The notes under the pieces were generated by a model that was not told the origin of the DNA, made no database searches, and saw nothing but the letters and a program-made list of their open reading frames with translations. Of a DNA stretch of 64,000 nucleotides, positions 19,971 through 29,800 are shown piece by piece. A program made the position numbers and the translations under genes. Location: assembly GCA_965228895.1 (NCBI GenBank), contig OZ245842.1, positions 4,960,001 through 5,024,000 on the forward strand, given 5' to 3'. The number at the start of each line of letters is the position of its first letter. Positions within the stretch are counted from its first letter, which is position 1. This DNA comes from Alphaproteobacteria bacterium. GTDB lineage: Bacteria; Pseudomonadota; Alphaproteobacteria; SP197.

Positions 19971-20032
19971 AGACACATTCGATTTCCGCTGCCGACCCTT
20001 GACAGTTTGGGCCGGCCCGGCGATGAGGCGCC

Positions 20033-20917
20033 ATGGAGACCATGACGCTTGAACGCCTGCCCTTGCACGCCCGCGGCAAGGTGCGCGATATCTATGATCT
20101 CGACGACCGCCGCCTGCTGCTGGTCGCCAGCGACCGGCTGAGCGCTTTCGACGTCGTTTTGCCGACCCCGATCCCCGACAAGGGGCGCCTTTTGACCGGT
20201 TTGAGCCTATTCTGGTTCGACTTCCTTAAAAACATCGTCCCCAACCACATCATCGGCACCGATCTGGCCGGGCTGGACGTCACCGACGACGAGCGCGCCT
20301 GGCTTGACGGGCGCGCCGTTATCGTGCGCAAGGCCGAAGTCTTGCCGGTCGAGTGCATCGCGCGCGGTTACCTGGCCGGCAGCGGCTGGAAGGACTATGG
20401 CGCGACCGGTGCGATCAGCGGCGTTGCCCTGCCCGCCGGCCTGCGCCTGGCGGACCGCCTGCCCGAACCGATCTTCACGCCGTCGACCAAGGCCGAGGTC
20501 GGCACCCATGACGAGAACATCAGCTTCGAGGCCGCCGCCGCCACGGCGGGTGACGCCTTGATGGCGCGGGTTCGCGACATCGCCCTGGCGCTTTATGGCC
20601 GGGCCCGCGATCACGCGGCCGAACGCGGCATTATCATTGCCGACACCAAGTTCGAGTTCGGCCTGATCGACGGCGAACTGACCCTGGTCGACGAATGCCT
20701 GACATCCGACAGTTCGCGCTTCTGGCCGGCCGATTCCTGGGCGCCCGGCGCCTCGCCGCCATCGTTCGATAAACAGTTCGTGCGCGACTGGCTGGAGAAC
20801 GAGTCGGATTGGGACAAAACACCGCCCGGACCGGCCCTGCCGCCGGAGATCGTGGAACGCACCCGCGCGAAATATGTCGAGGCCTATGAAAGGCTCTCAA
20901 ACCGGCAGTTTTCCTGA
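20033..20917 (+). CDS. purC: SAICAR synthetase
   Basis: RGKVRDIY, SDRLSAFD, ECIARGYLAGSG, FTPSTKA, ADTKFEFG, DSSRFW, SFDKQFVRDW. Confidence 0.97.
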   Translation: METMTLERLPLHARGKVRDIYDLDDRRLLLVASDRLSAFDVVLPTPIPDKGRLLTGLSLFWFDFLKNIVPNHIIGTDLAGLDVTDDERAWLDGRAVIVRKAEVLPVECIARGYLAGSGWKDYGATGAISGVALPAGLRLADRLPEPIFTPSTKAEVGTHDENISFEAAAATAGDALMARVRDIALALYGRARDHAAERGIIIADTKFEFGLIDGELTLVDECLTSDSSRFWPADSWAPGASPPSFDKQFVRDWLENESDWDKTPPGPALPPEIVERTRAKYVEAYERLSNRQFS

Positions 20918-20918
20918 C

Positions 20919-21058
20919 CTAGAGCAGATCCGGTTTTGGCGGAATCGCATTGCGATTCCGTCAAGACAGGTGAATCTGCTCTATTCATAAATAGAGAGCG
21001 GATTCACATGGTTAGGCGGAACCGTCCGACGGTTCCGCCTAACCATGATCCGCTCGAT
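20919..21058. mobile_element. 140-bp GANTC-rich MITE-like repeat (CIR/RIME/BRU-RS-like), copy 1
   Basis: Starts CTAGAGCAGATC, two internal palindromic arms, four GANTC sites; inverted copy at 55548-55687. Confidence 0.8.
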
Positions 21059-21063
21059 GAGCT

Positions 21064-21078
21064 ATGCTGGCGGCGCAT
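21064..21078. promoter_or_regulatory. LysR-type box upstream of DUF1127 gene 2
   Basis: ATGC-TGGCGGC-GCAT followed by CAGCATTG...TTCAA..AATT, as upstream of DUF1127 gene 1. Confidence 0.5.
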
Positions 21079-21192
21079 GCCAGCATTGATGTTCAACCAA
21101 TTGTCGCGCCAACCCAGAAGCCCCACTTTTCTTGCCAGAATAGGGCTGATCCTTTGGATCGGTCTAACGCCTGCACAAGAAAGGGCGAAATC

Positions 21193-21348
21193 ATGAGCCA
21201 GATTGCCAACACCGTCCGTCGCCTGCGCGACCGTTCCATCCTTCGCCGCGAGATGGGCCTGCTTTCCGACCATCAGCTGCGCGACATCGGCATGGAGCGT
21301 ATCGACGTACCGAACACCGGGTTTGTTTATCGGCGCACCGCCGGTTGA
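21193..21348 (+). CDS. DUF1127 (YjiS-like) small protein
   Basis: RRLRDRSILRREMGLLSDHQLRDIGMERIDV signature. Confidence 0.82.
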   Translation: MSQIANTVRRLRDRSILRREMGLLSDHQLRDIGMERIDVPNTGFVYRRTAG

Positions 21349-21595
21349 TAACGATTTAGCCCGCACCACTTTTGGGTCTTTGCCTGAAAGCGGTGCCGGG
21401 CCTATAAACCACCCGGCTTCGGTGACCGTAAGATACGGCAACACACGAACGTAAGAGGCCTAGGGTTCGATGGGCCAGTGTTCCGCGCTTTGGGACGCCA
21501 TCGAGCGCTATCATGACCGGCGAAGATCCCTGGGATCGTGCTGATCCCAACGCCGTGCTGTTCTTGGCCACAAGACGTCCGGACCTGGTGGTTTT

Positions 21596-22687
21596 ATGAA
21601 GTCGTCACATATCCTTGCCGTCGTTCTGGCGGTCGCGGTCGTTGCTTGGGTGCTGTCGGGTCAGTTGACCAGCGAGACACCTGCGACGGCTGACGTCACG
21701 TCGACGGAAACCGACACCGAGGGAGCGGCCGAGACAGCGCCGCCTGCCGAGGTGCGCGTCGGCACCGTTAGCGCGGCCCCCTACAGCCTGGAACTCGTCG
21801 TGACCGGCCGTACCGCGGCAAGCCGCGATGTGGAACTGGAGGTCGAGACTGCCGGTCGCATCGTTGAAATCGCGGTTGCCGAAGGCGACCAGGTCGCCGA
21901 AGGCGATCTAATCGCCCGGATCGCCCAGGACGACCGTCCCGAACGTCTGGCCGAGGCCCGCGCGCTGGTCGAGCAACGCCAGATTCAGTACGACGCCTCA
22001 CAAGAGTTGATGGAAAGCGGCTGGCGCGAAAAGACCACCAACGCGCAGGACAAGGCCGAGTTGGACGCTGCGCTGGCCGATCTCGCCGCCATCCGTCTGG
22101 ACATCGCGCGCACCGAGATCACAGCACCGTTCGACGGCGTGCTGGATGAACTGATGATCGAGGTCGGCGACGTCGTCGACATCAACGAAACCATCGGCAT
22201 GATCTACGATCTGGACCCGGTGATCGTCGTGGCGTCGGTCAGCGAACGCGAAGTCGGCCATATCGAGGTCGGCGATGTCGGCCGCGCCCGCCTGGTCACG
22301 GGCGAGGAAGTCGACGGCGTCATCCGCTTCGTCTCCAAGGTCGCCCAAAGCGAGACACGGACGTTCCGGGTCGAGCTGGAACTGGCCAATCCCGACAGTA
22401 CCATTCCCGACGGCCTGACCGCCGACGTCGTCCTGCCGCTGGCAACCGTGCCGGCGCATCTCATCTCGCCGTCGGTTCTGGCGCTGGCCGATGACGGCAC
22501 CATCGGCGTCAAGATCGTGGGCGCCGACGATACCGTCGAGTTCGTGGCGATCACCATCATCGCCGATACGCCGCAAGGCATCTGGGTCGCCGGGCTGCCG
22601 CAGACCGCAACACTGATCACGGTCGGTCAGGAGTTCGTCGCCACGGGCCAAAAGGTGACACCGGTAACCGTCGCCGAAGCGCCGTGA
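21596..22687 (+). CDS. RND efflux periplasmic adaptor (MFP)
   Basis: N-terminal anchor, GRIVEIAVAEGDQVAEGD, ITAPFDGV, TRTFRVEL. Confidence 0.92.
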   Translation: MKSSHILAVVLAVAVVAWVLSGQLTSETPATADVTSTETDTEGAAETAPPAEVRVGTVSAAPYSLELVVTGRTAASRDVELEVETAGRIVEIAVAEGDQVAEGDLIARIAQDDRPERLAEARALVEQRQIQYDASQELMESGWREKTTNAQDKAELDAALADLAAIRLDIARTEITAPFDGVLDELMIEVGDVVDINETIGMIYDLDPVIVVASVSEREVGHIEVGDVGRARLVTGEEVDGVIRFVSKVAQSETRTFRVELELANPDSTIPDGLTADVVLPLATVPAHLISPSVLALADDGTIGVKIVGADDTVEFVAITIIADTPQGIWVAGLPQTATLITVGQEFVATGQKVTPVTVAEAP

Positions 22688-25600
22688 ACGGGATCATCAA
22701 TGCGGCGTTCAGTCGGCCGCGCACGATGTTGTCTTTGCTGGTGCTGATCCTGATCGCCGGCACCGTCTCCTACATCACGATCCCCAAGGAGTCGGACCCC
22801 GACATCAACATCCCCATTATCTACGTTTCGATGTCGCACGAGGGTATCTCGCCCGACGATGCCGAACGGCTTTTGGTCCGCGCTATGGAACAGGAGCTGA
22901 AGAGTATCGAGGGCGTGAAGGAGATGACATCGACCGCCTATGAGGGCGGCGCCAACGTGCTGTTGGAGTTCGACGCCGGCTTCAACCCGGACACCGCGCT
23001 GGAAGATGTACGCACCCAGGTCGACCTGGCACGCCCGGAACTGCCCGACGAGACCGACGAGCCGACCGTCAACGAGGTCAATCTGAGCCTGTTCCCGGTC
23101 GTCGTCGTGACGCTGTCGGGCGACCTGCCGGAACGCACGCTGCTGAAGTTGGCGCAGGATCTTGAAGAAGAGATCGAGAGCATTCCGGCGGTGCTGGAAG
23201 CCACCATCGGCGGCGAACGCGAGGAACTGGTCGAGATCATCATCGATCCGATGAAAGTCGAAAGCTACGGCCTCGACGTCGTCGAGATCGCCGATTTCAT
23301 CAGCCGCTCGAACCGCCTGGTGGCGGCGGGATCGCTGGACACCGGTTCTGGCCGGTTCGCGATCAAGGTGCCCGGCCTGATCGAAAGCCTGGGCGATATT
23401 CTGGACCTGCCGCTGAAGATCGAGGGCGATGCGGTGACCAGGGTGCGCGACATCGCGGAGGTGCGTTCGACCTTCAAAGATCCCGAAGGTTTCGCCCGGG
23501 TCGGCGGCGAAAGCGCGTTTACGCTCGAGGTCTCCAAACGCACCGGCGAAAACATCATCGACACCATCGAGCAGGTGCGCGCGGTGGTCGCCGCGGAGTC
23601 CGTCAACTGGCCCGACGGCGTCGAGGTGACGTTCTCGCAAGACCGTTCGACCGACATCCGCACCATGTTGAACGACCTGCAGAACAACGTCCTGAGCGCC
23701 ATCCTGCTGGTCATGATCGTCATTGTCTGGGCGCTTGGCTGGCGCACCGCCGGATTGGTCGGCGTTGCCATTCCAGGCTCGTTCCTGGCCGGTATCCTGG
23801 TGCTGAACGCGATTGGCCTGACCATGAACGTCGTCGTTCTGTTCAGCCTGATCCTGGCGGTCGGCATGCTGGTCGACGGCGCCATCGTCGTCACCGAATA
23901 CGCCGACCGCAAGATGATCGAAGGCATCCACCGGCGCGAGGCCTACCGCATGGCAGCGCAACGCATGGCCTGGCCGATCACCGCGTCGACCATGACCACG
24001 CTGGCGGCGTTCCTACCCTTGATGTTCTGGCCCGACATCGTCGGCGAGTTCATGAAGTTCCTGCCGATCACGCTGATCGCGACGCTGACCGCCTCGCTCT
24101 TCATGGCGTTGCTCTTTGTGCCGACACTGGGCAGCCTTGTTGGCAAGGCAAGCTCGGGCGATTCGGAAAAGATGCAGGCGCTGGCCGCCGATTCCGGCAG
24201 CCTGGACGACCTGAAAGGCCCCACCGGCATCTATATCGGCGTCCTGCGCCGCGCGTTGCGCCATCCCGGCCTGATCCTGACCGGGGCTGTCGTTTGTCTG
24301 GTCGGCGCCCAGGTCGCCTATGGCGCGTTCGGCAAAGGCGTTGAGTTCTTCCCGGCCGTCGAACCGGAACAGGCGGCGTTGCAGATCCACGCCCGCGGCA
24401 ACCTGTCTGTCTGGGAAAAAGACGCGCTGGTGCATGAGGTCGAGCGACGCATTCTGGATATGGACGAGCTGGATAGCGTCTACGCGCGCACCGGATCGGC
24501 CGAAGGCGCGAACGACCAGGCCGAAGATGTCATCGGGACCATCCAGATCGAGTTCGTCGACTGGGATCAGCGCCGCACGGCCGACGAGATTTTTGCCGAC
24601 ATCCGCGAACGCACGGCCGATCTGGCCGGCATTGTCGTCGAGCCGCGCAAGCAGGAGGCCGGCCCGCCCGGCGGCAAGGCGATCGAGATCGAGATCGGCT
24701 CGCGTTTTCCCGAACTGATCGAACCGGTAGTCGCCGATGTCCGCGCACATCTCGACCAGATGACCGGCCTGATCGATGTTGAGGACAGCCGGCCGCTGCC
24801 CGGCATCGAATGGGAGATCGAGATCGACCGTGCCCAGGCCGCCAAGTTCGGCGCCGACGTGCAGCTTCTGGGTTCGATGGTGCAGCTTGTCACCAACGGG
24901 CTTCTGCTCAGCACGTATCGGCCCGATGGTTCGCGCGACGAGATCGATATCCGCGCCCGCTTCCCGGTAGACTGGCGCACGCTTGACCAGTTGGACCGTC
25001 TGCGGATCCAAACCAATCAGGGTCTGGTGCCGGTCAGCAACTTCGTCATCCGCTCGCCGCAGCCGAAGATCGGCACCATCGAGCGCATCGACAGCCGGCG
25101 CACCATGACCGTGCTGGCCGATGTCGCGCCCGGCGTGCTGGCCGATGCCAAGGTTCGCGAGATCCGCGCCTGGATGGACGAACAGGGTTTCGACCCGCGC
25201 ATCAGCATCACCTTCAAGGGTGAGGACGAGGATCAGAAAAACGCGCAAGCTTTCCTGACGAAAGCGTTCGCGATCGCGCTCTTCATGATGGCGATCATCC
25301 TGGTCACCCAGTTCAACAGTTTCTACAGCGCCTTCCTGATCCTCTCCGCCGTCGTCATGTCGACCATCGGCGTCATGATCGGCCTCCTGGTTACCGGTCA
25401 GCCGTTCGGCATCGTCATGTCGGGTATCGGCGTCATCGCGCTCGCCGGCATCGTCGTGAACAACAACATCGTCTTGATCGACACGTTCGACCGGCTGGCC
25501 AAAACGACGCCGGACGCCATGGAGGCGATCCTGAAGACGGGCGCCCAACGTTTCCGGCCGGTGCTGTTGACGACGATCACGACGATCCTGGGCCTGATGC

Positions 25601-25851
25601 CCATGGTGTTGTCGACCAATATCGACTTCTTCTCGCGTCAGATCTCGATCGGCGCGCCGTCGACCCAGTGGTGGACGCAATTGGCCACGGCCATCGTCTT
25701 CGGCCTGGCCTTTGCCACCATGCTGACCTTGATCGTCACGCCCAGCGCCTTGATGGCGCGCGCCAATGTGCGCGCCTGGCGTCAACGCCGCCGCGACCGC
25801 CGCGTCGCCCGCCGTGCCGACAAAGAAGCGGCGGCCACACCGGCAGAGTAA
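22684..25851 (+). CDS. RND efflux permease (AcrB/AcrD/AcrF family)
   Basis: 1055 aa; ILAVGMLVDGAIVVTE, GEFMKFLP, GIVVNNNIVLID, RFRPVLLTTITT. Confidence 0.95.
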   Translation: MNGIINAAFSRPRTMLSLLVLILIAGTVSYITIPKESDPDINIPIIYVSMSHEGISPDDAERLLVRAMEQELKSIEGVKEMTSTAYEGGANVLLEFDAGFNPDTALEDVRTQVDLARPELPDETDEPTVNEVNLSLFPVVVVTLSGDLPERTLLKLAQDLEEEIESIPAVLEATIGGEREELVEIIIDPMKVESYGLDVVEIADFISRSNRLVAAGSLDTGSGRFAIKVPGLIESLGDILDLPLKIEGDAVTRVRDIAEVRSTFKDPEGFARVGGESAFTLEVSKRTGENIIDTIEQVRAVVAAESVNWPDGVEVTFSQDRSTDIRTMLNDLQNNVLSAILLVMIVIVWALGWRTAGLVGVAIPGSFLAGILVLNAIGLTMNVVVLFSLILAVGMLVDGAIVVTEYADRKMIEGIHRREAYRMAAQRMAWPITASTMTTLAAFLPLMFWPDIVGEFMKFLPITLIATLTASLFMALLFVPTLGSLVGKASSGDSEKMQALAADSGSLDDLKGPTGIYIGVLRRALRHPGLILTGAVVCLVGAQVAYGAFGKGVEFFPAVEPEQAALQIHARGNLSVWEKDALVHEVERRILDMDELDSVYARTGSAEGANDQAEDVIGTIQIEFVDWDQRRTADEIFADIRERTADLAGIVVEPRKQEAGPPGGKAIEIEIGSRFPELIEPVVADVRAHLDQMTGLIDVEDSRPLPGIEWEIEIDRAQAAKFGADVQLLGSMVQLVTNGLLLSTYRPDGSRDEIDIRARFPVDWRTLDQLDRLRIQTNQGLVPVSNFVIRSPQPKIGTIERIDSRRTMTVLADVAPGVLADAKVREIRAWMDEQGFDPRISITFKGEDEDQKNAQAFLTKAFAIALFMMAIILVTQFNSFYSAFLILSAVVMSTIGVMIGLLVTGQPFGIVMSGIGVIALAGIVVNNNIVLIDTFDRLAKTTPDAMEAILKTGAQRFRPVLLTTITTILGLMPMVLSTNIDFFSRQISIGAPSTQWWTQLATAIVFGLAFATMLTLIVTPSALMARANVRAWRQRRRDRRVARRADKEAAATPAE

Positions 25852-25881
25852 GCGCCGGCGAAGTTGGGCTAGTATCGGTTC

Positions 25882-26511
25882 ATGACCGATGCCCACCTGA
25901 ACGACCGGTTCATCGAACTGGCGCTCGCCAACCCGGCCAACCAGGCGATCCTGGAACGGCTGCCCGCCCTGGGCGCGCCGGATGCCTGGCTCGTCGCCGG
26001 GTGTCTCTACCAGGCGGTGTGGAACGACAAAGCCGGGCGGGCGCCGGCCGAAAACGTCAAGGATTATGACATCTTCTATTGCGACCGGTCGGACCTGAGC
26101 TGGGACGCCGAAGACGCTGTCATCAGACGCGCCGACACGCTGTTCGCTGACCTCAGGATCGATCACGAGGTGCGCAACCAGGCGCGGGTTCACCTGTGGT
26201 ACGAAAAGAAATTCGGCGAGCCCGGCACGATGCTGACCACGAGCCGCGAGGGTATCGAGCGGTTTCTGGTCGCCTGCACGTGCGTCGGTCTGCGTCCTGG
26301 CGCGGACGGCCCGGAACTCTGCGCGCCGCATGGCCTTCAGGATCTGTTCGATGGACGCCTGGCGCCCAACCCGCTCCAACCCAGCGGCAACTTCCGCGCC
26401 AAAGCGCTTTCCTATCAGGCGCGCTGGCCATGGCTTGAAATCGTCGACGAGGTGCCGGCCGAACAGGCCACGACATCGGGCGGCATTGAAAGCTTGCCCG
26501 GCGGTCGATGA
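25882..26511 (+). CDS. Nucleotidyltransferase-family protein (DUF925-like)
   Basis: WLVAGCLYQAVWN, KDYDIFY, EVRNQARVHLWY, APHGLQDLF, RWPWL. Confidence 0.8.
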   Translation: MTDAHLNDRFIELALANPANQAILERLPALGAPDAWLVAGCLYQAVWNDKAGRAPAENVKDYDIFYCDRSDLSWDAEDAVIRRADTLFADLRIDHEVRNQARVHLWYEKKFGEPGTMLTTSREGIERFLVACTCVGLRPGADGPELCAPHGLQDLFDGRLAPNPLQPSGNFRAKALSYQARWPWLEIVDEVPAEQATTSGGIESLPGGR

Positions 26512-26605
26512 CGGGCTACAGCGCCGCTCATCCCGTCGCCGAATATTGGGGTCAGCCGGACCGCGGCAGCCATACCACGGCAAGCGCGGTTCGATCGTGG
26601 GTGCG

Positions 26606-27766
26606 ATGACAGAACCGTTCGTCTATCTGGAGGACCAGATCGCTGGTCAGGAGCGCTTTTACAGCGCACCGGTGCGCCGCATCACGGCCCATCGCCTCGA
26701 CGACGTCGAGCCTTGCTTCGCGGTCATGGCCGAATGCCTTGACCAGGGATTGCACCTTGCCGGTTACGCCAGTTACGAGCTCGGCTATGGCCTGGAACCC
26801 AAACTGGCTGGATTGCTGCCCACCGGCCGCCTGACTCCGCTTTTGGACTTCGCCGCTTTTGAGCGTGTCCAGGACCGGCGGCCCGTTGCGTTTGACGGTG
26901 ATGCCGCTTGTGCGTTCGGAACCCTGCAACCGGCCTGGTCGCTGGATGATTATGTCAGCCGGTTCGAACGCGTGATGGATTACATCCGCGCCGGCGACGT
27001 CTATCAGATCAATTTGACCTTTCCATTGACCGGCACGGTGGATGGCGACGCGATCGGACTTTTCCACCAATTGCGGCAACGCCAACCGGTTCGTTACGGC
27101 GGCATCGTCAGTCTGAGCACGCCAGCGATCGTCACGGTGTCGCCGGAGCTGTTCTTCCGGTTGGACGGCCGCCGCATCCGCGTGCGTCCGATGAAAGGCA
27201 CTGCCGGTCGCGGCGCCAGCCAGGCCGATGACGTGGCCATCGCGCGCGCTATGCAAGCGGACGAAAAGTCACGCGCGGAAAACCTGATGATCGTCGATCT
27301 GTTGCGCAACGATGTCGGGCGGGTAAGCGAGATCGGCTCGGTCGAGGTCACCGACCTCTTTACGGTCGAGACGTTCCCGACACTGCATCAGATGACCTCG
27401 GGCATCGAGGCCCGGCTGTGCGATGACGTCGACATTCCACAGGTCTTCCGCAGCCTGTTCCCTTGCGGCTCGGTGACCGGTGCGCCGAAAATCCGCGCCA
27501 TGGAGATCATCCGAGAGATCGAGAGCGAACCGCGCGGCGCTTACTGCGGCGCTATCGGATACATCGAGCCCAGCGGCGAGGCGTGTTTTAATGTCGCGAT
27601 CAGAACCGTGAGCCTCTTCAGCGACGGTCGGTTCGTTTACAACGTTGGCAGCGCCATCGTGTCTGATTCGCGCGCGCATTCGGAGTATGAGGAGTGTCTG
27701 TTGAAAGCCAGAGTCATGACCAGCACCCATGAATCATCGATGCCGGCCGGAGCGTTGTCCGCATGA
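26606..27766 (+). CDS. pabB: Aminodeoxychorismate synthase component I
   Basis: AGDVYQINL, SPELFF, PMKGT, KSRAENLMIVDLLRND, FPCGSVTGAPKIRAM, FNVAIRT. Confidence 0.85.
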   Translation: MTEPFVYLEDQIAGQERFYSAPVRRITAHRLDDVEPCFAVMAECLDQGLHLAGYASYELGYGLEPKLAGLLPTGRLTPLLDFAAFERVQDRRPVAFDGDAACAFGTLQPAWSLDDYVSRFERVMDYIRAGDVYQINLTFPLTGTVDGDAIGLFHQLRQRQPVRYGGIVSLSTPAIVTVSPELFFRLDGRRIRVRPMKGTAGRGASQADDVAIARAMQADEKSRAENLMIVDLLRNDVGRVSEIGSVEVTDLFTVETFPTLHQMTSGIEARLCDDVDIPQVFRSLFPCGSVTGAPKIRAMEIIREIESEPRGAYCGAIGYIEPSGEACFNVAIRTVSLFSDGRFVYNVGSAIVSDSRAHSEYEECLLKARVMTSTHESSMPAGALSA

Positions 27767-28089
27767 TCCGTCATATCGTTCTGTTCCGCGCGGCAGACCC
27801 AGCCAATGTCGAAGCCGTCAAGAATGGCCTCAGGCGATTGTGCGAGATCCCGGCCGCGACCGTTCTGGAGGTCGAGCTCAACGCCCGCAAGGATATGCTG
27901 TCCGACGAGATCGACGTCGTGGTCTATGGCGAGTTCGAAGACGAGGCAGCACTCGAGGCCTTCAAGGCGCACCCGATCTATGACGAGACCATCCAGGTCG
28001 TCCGCCCGATGCGCGACCTGCGCATTGCCGTCGACTTCGAATCCACGGCGACAGTACCCAAGTCACGGCGTGACGGAGACGCGGCGTGA
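27763..28089 (+). CDS. Dabb (stress-responsive A/B barrel) protein
   Basis: MIRHIVLF...EF.DEAALEAFKAHP.Y...AVDF. Confidence 0.8.
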   Translation: MIRHIVLFRAADPANVEAVKNGLRRLCEIPAATVLEVELNARKDMLSDEIDVVVYGEFEDEAALEAFKAHPIYDETIQVVRPMRDLRIAVDFESTATVPKSRRDGDAA

Positions 28090-28892
28090 CATCGCTGACG
28101 CTCGCCACATGGAACATCAACTCGGTGCGCCTCAGGCTCGATACGGTGCTCGCCTATTTGAAGGAACACCAACCGGATGTGTTGGCCCTGCAGGAGATCA
28201 AGGCGACCGACGAGCAGTTCCCCGCCGACGCCATACGCGACGCAGGCTGGGAGCACATCGCGGTCAACGGCTTCAAAGGTTACAACGGTGTTGCGATCGT
28301 CAGCCGCGTGCCGTTCTCCGACAGCGGCCGCAAAGACTGGTGCGGCAAGACAGACGGGCGTCATGTCTGGGCGGTGCTACCCGGCAAGATCGAACTCAAC
28401 AACTTCTATGTGCCCGCCGGCGGCGACGTGCCGGATCCCGACCTGAACCCAAAGTTTGCCCACAAGCTGCAGTTCGTCGACGACATGACGTCATGGTTTG
28501 CCGCGCGCAAGAAACCGAAGAACCGCTTCGTCATGGTCGGCGATCTCAACATCGCGCCGCTTGAGACGGACGTCTGGTCGCACAAACAGCTCTTGAAGGT
28601 GGTCAGCCACACGCCGGTCGAAGTCGCCGCCATGGAGCGGCTGCGCAAGGCGCACGACTGGGTCGACGCTGTCCGCTACTTCGTTCCCGAAGACGAGAAA
28701 CTCTATTCGTGGTGGAGTTACCGGGCGAAAGACTGGGAAACCACCGACAAAGGCCGGCGTCTGGATCATGTCTGGGTCACCCCGCCGCTGCGCCGCCACC
28801 TAAAGGGTGCCGAGGTGCAGAAGCATGTGCGCGGCTGGGAACTACCCAGCGACCATGCGCCGGTCAGCGTCACACTGGACGTGCCGTCATGA
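28086..28892 (+). CDS. xth: Exodeoxyribonuclease III
   Basis: ATWNINSVR, LQEIK, YNGVAI, GDLNIAP, YSWWSYR, GRRLDH, SDHAPV. Confidence 0.95.
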   Translation: MTSLTLATWNINSVRLRLDTVLAYLKEHQPDVLALQEIKATDEQFPADAIRDAGWEHIAVNGFKGYNGVAIVSRVPFSDSGRKDWCGKTDGRHVWAVLPGKIELNNFYVPAGGDVPDPDLNPKFAHKLQFVDDMTSWFAARKKPKNRFVMVGDLNIAPLETDVWSHKQLLKVVSHTPVEVAAMERLRKAHDWVDAVRYFVPEDEKLYSWWSYRAKDWETTDKGRRLDHVWVTPPLRRHLKGAEVQKHVRGWELPSDHAPVSVTLDVPS

Positions 28893-29653
28893 GCGACAGC
28901 GACGTCCTCAACGTCAGCGTCGACGGCGCGATCGCGACGATTACCTTGAACCGGCCAGCCAAGCACAACCTGTTGCAGATCTCCGACATGGGCGCGTTCA
29001 CCGCCCTGCTTGACGACATCGACGCGCGTGTCGATCTGCGCGTCCTGCTGCTGACCGGCACCGGCGAACGCAGTTTTTGCGCCGGTGTCGACCTGGGCGC
29101 GGTGCAGGAAACCGACTGGTCGAACAACCCGTTGGAGCGCCTGTGCGATCGCATGGAGGCGATGGCGCTGCCGACGGTGTGCGCGCTTAACGGCAGTGTC
29201 TATGGCGGTGCCTGCGATCTCGCGCTGGCCTGCGACTTCCGCATCGGCGTCGACGGCATGAAGCTCGTGATGCCGCCGGCGCGCCTGGGCGTGATCTATC
29301 ATGAGACCGGACTGAAACGTTTTGTCGAGCGCCTGGGTCCCCAGGCCGCGCGCCGCTTGTTCCTGGCCGGCGAGATCATGCCGTCGGACGAACTGCTCAA
29401 GCTCGGTTTCCTCGACCGCGTGGTCGCGCGCGGCGATCTCGCCCGGACCGTCGAGACCTTTGTTGACGAACTCGCCGGCATGTCGCCACTGGCCTTGCGC
29501 GGTATGAAACGCGCCATCAACGAGATCAGCCGCGGTACCCTTGATGCCGCGCGCTTGAAGGAGGAGACACTCGCCTGTTTCGCCTCCGACGATCTTGCCG
29601 AAGGCTTGGCTGCCAGCCGACAGAAGCGCAAGCCCGACTTTCGCGGAACCTGA
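28889..29653 (+). CDS. Enoyl-CoA hydratase/isomerase family protein
   Basis: ITLNRPAKHN, FCAGVDL, ALNGSVYGG, LACDFRI, KRKPDFRG. Confidence 0.9.
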   Translation: MSDSDVLNVSVDGAIATITLNRPAKHNLLQISDMGAFTALLDDIDARVDLRVLLLTGTGERSFCAGVDLGAVQETDWSNNPLERLCDRMEAMALPTVCALNGSVYGGACDLALACDFRIGVDGMKLVMPPARLGVIYHETGLKRFVERLGPQAARRLFLAGEIMPSDELLKLGFLDRVVARGDLARTVETFVDELAGMSPLALRGMKRAINEISRGTLDAARLKEETLACFASDDLAEGLAASRQKRKPDFRGT

Positions 29654-29709
29654 TCCGACCATACGCGACATCGTGGCCTGCCAAGCGGCCCATCCCGTGT
29701 CGTCTTCGG

Positions 29710-29742
29710 TCGACATAAATCCGTTATATTTCTGTAACAAAA
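29710..29742 (+). promoter_or_regulatory. Candidate PhoB (pho) box
   Basis: Three tandem 11-bp units TCGACATAAAT-CCGTTATATTT-CTGTAACAAAA resembling CTGTCATAAAT, ~60 bp upstream of a phosphate transporter. Confidence 0.65.
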
Positions 29743-29800
29743 CAACCTTCTGCCGGTTGCAGCGCCGGCTCTCGACAACTGGTGCGGTCGCGGAGGCGGT

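Noticed and set aside
20936-21196. 86-aa ORF, and the 21064 upstream extension of the DUF1127 gene
   Set aside because: Runs through the repeat and the promoter/operator; the real start is most likely 21193
24013-26583. 856-aa minus-strand ORF
   Set aside because: Antisense shadow of the RND permease and DUF925 gene; no motifs; expected from GC-rich codon bias
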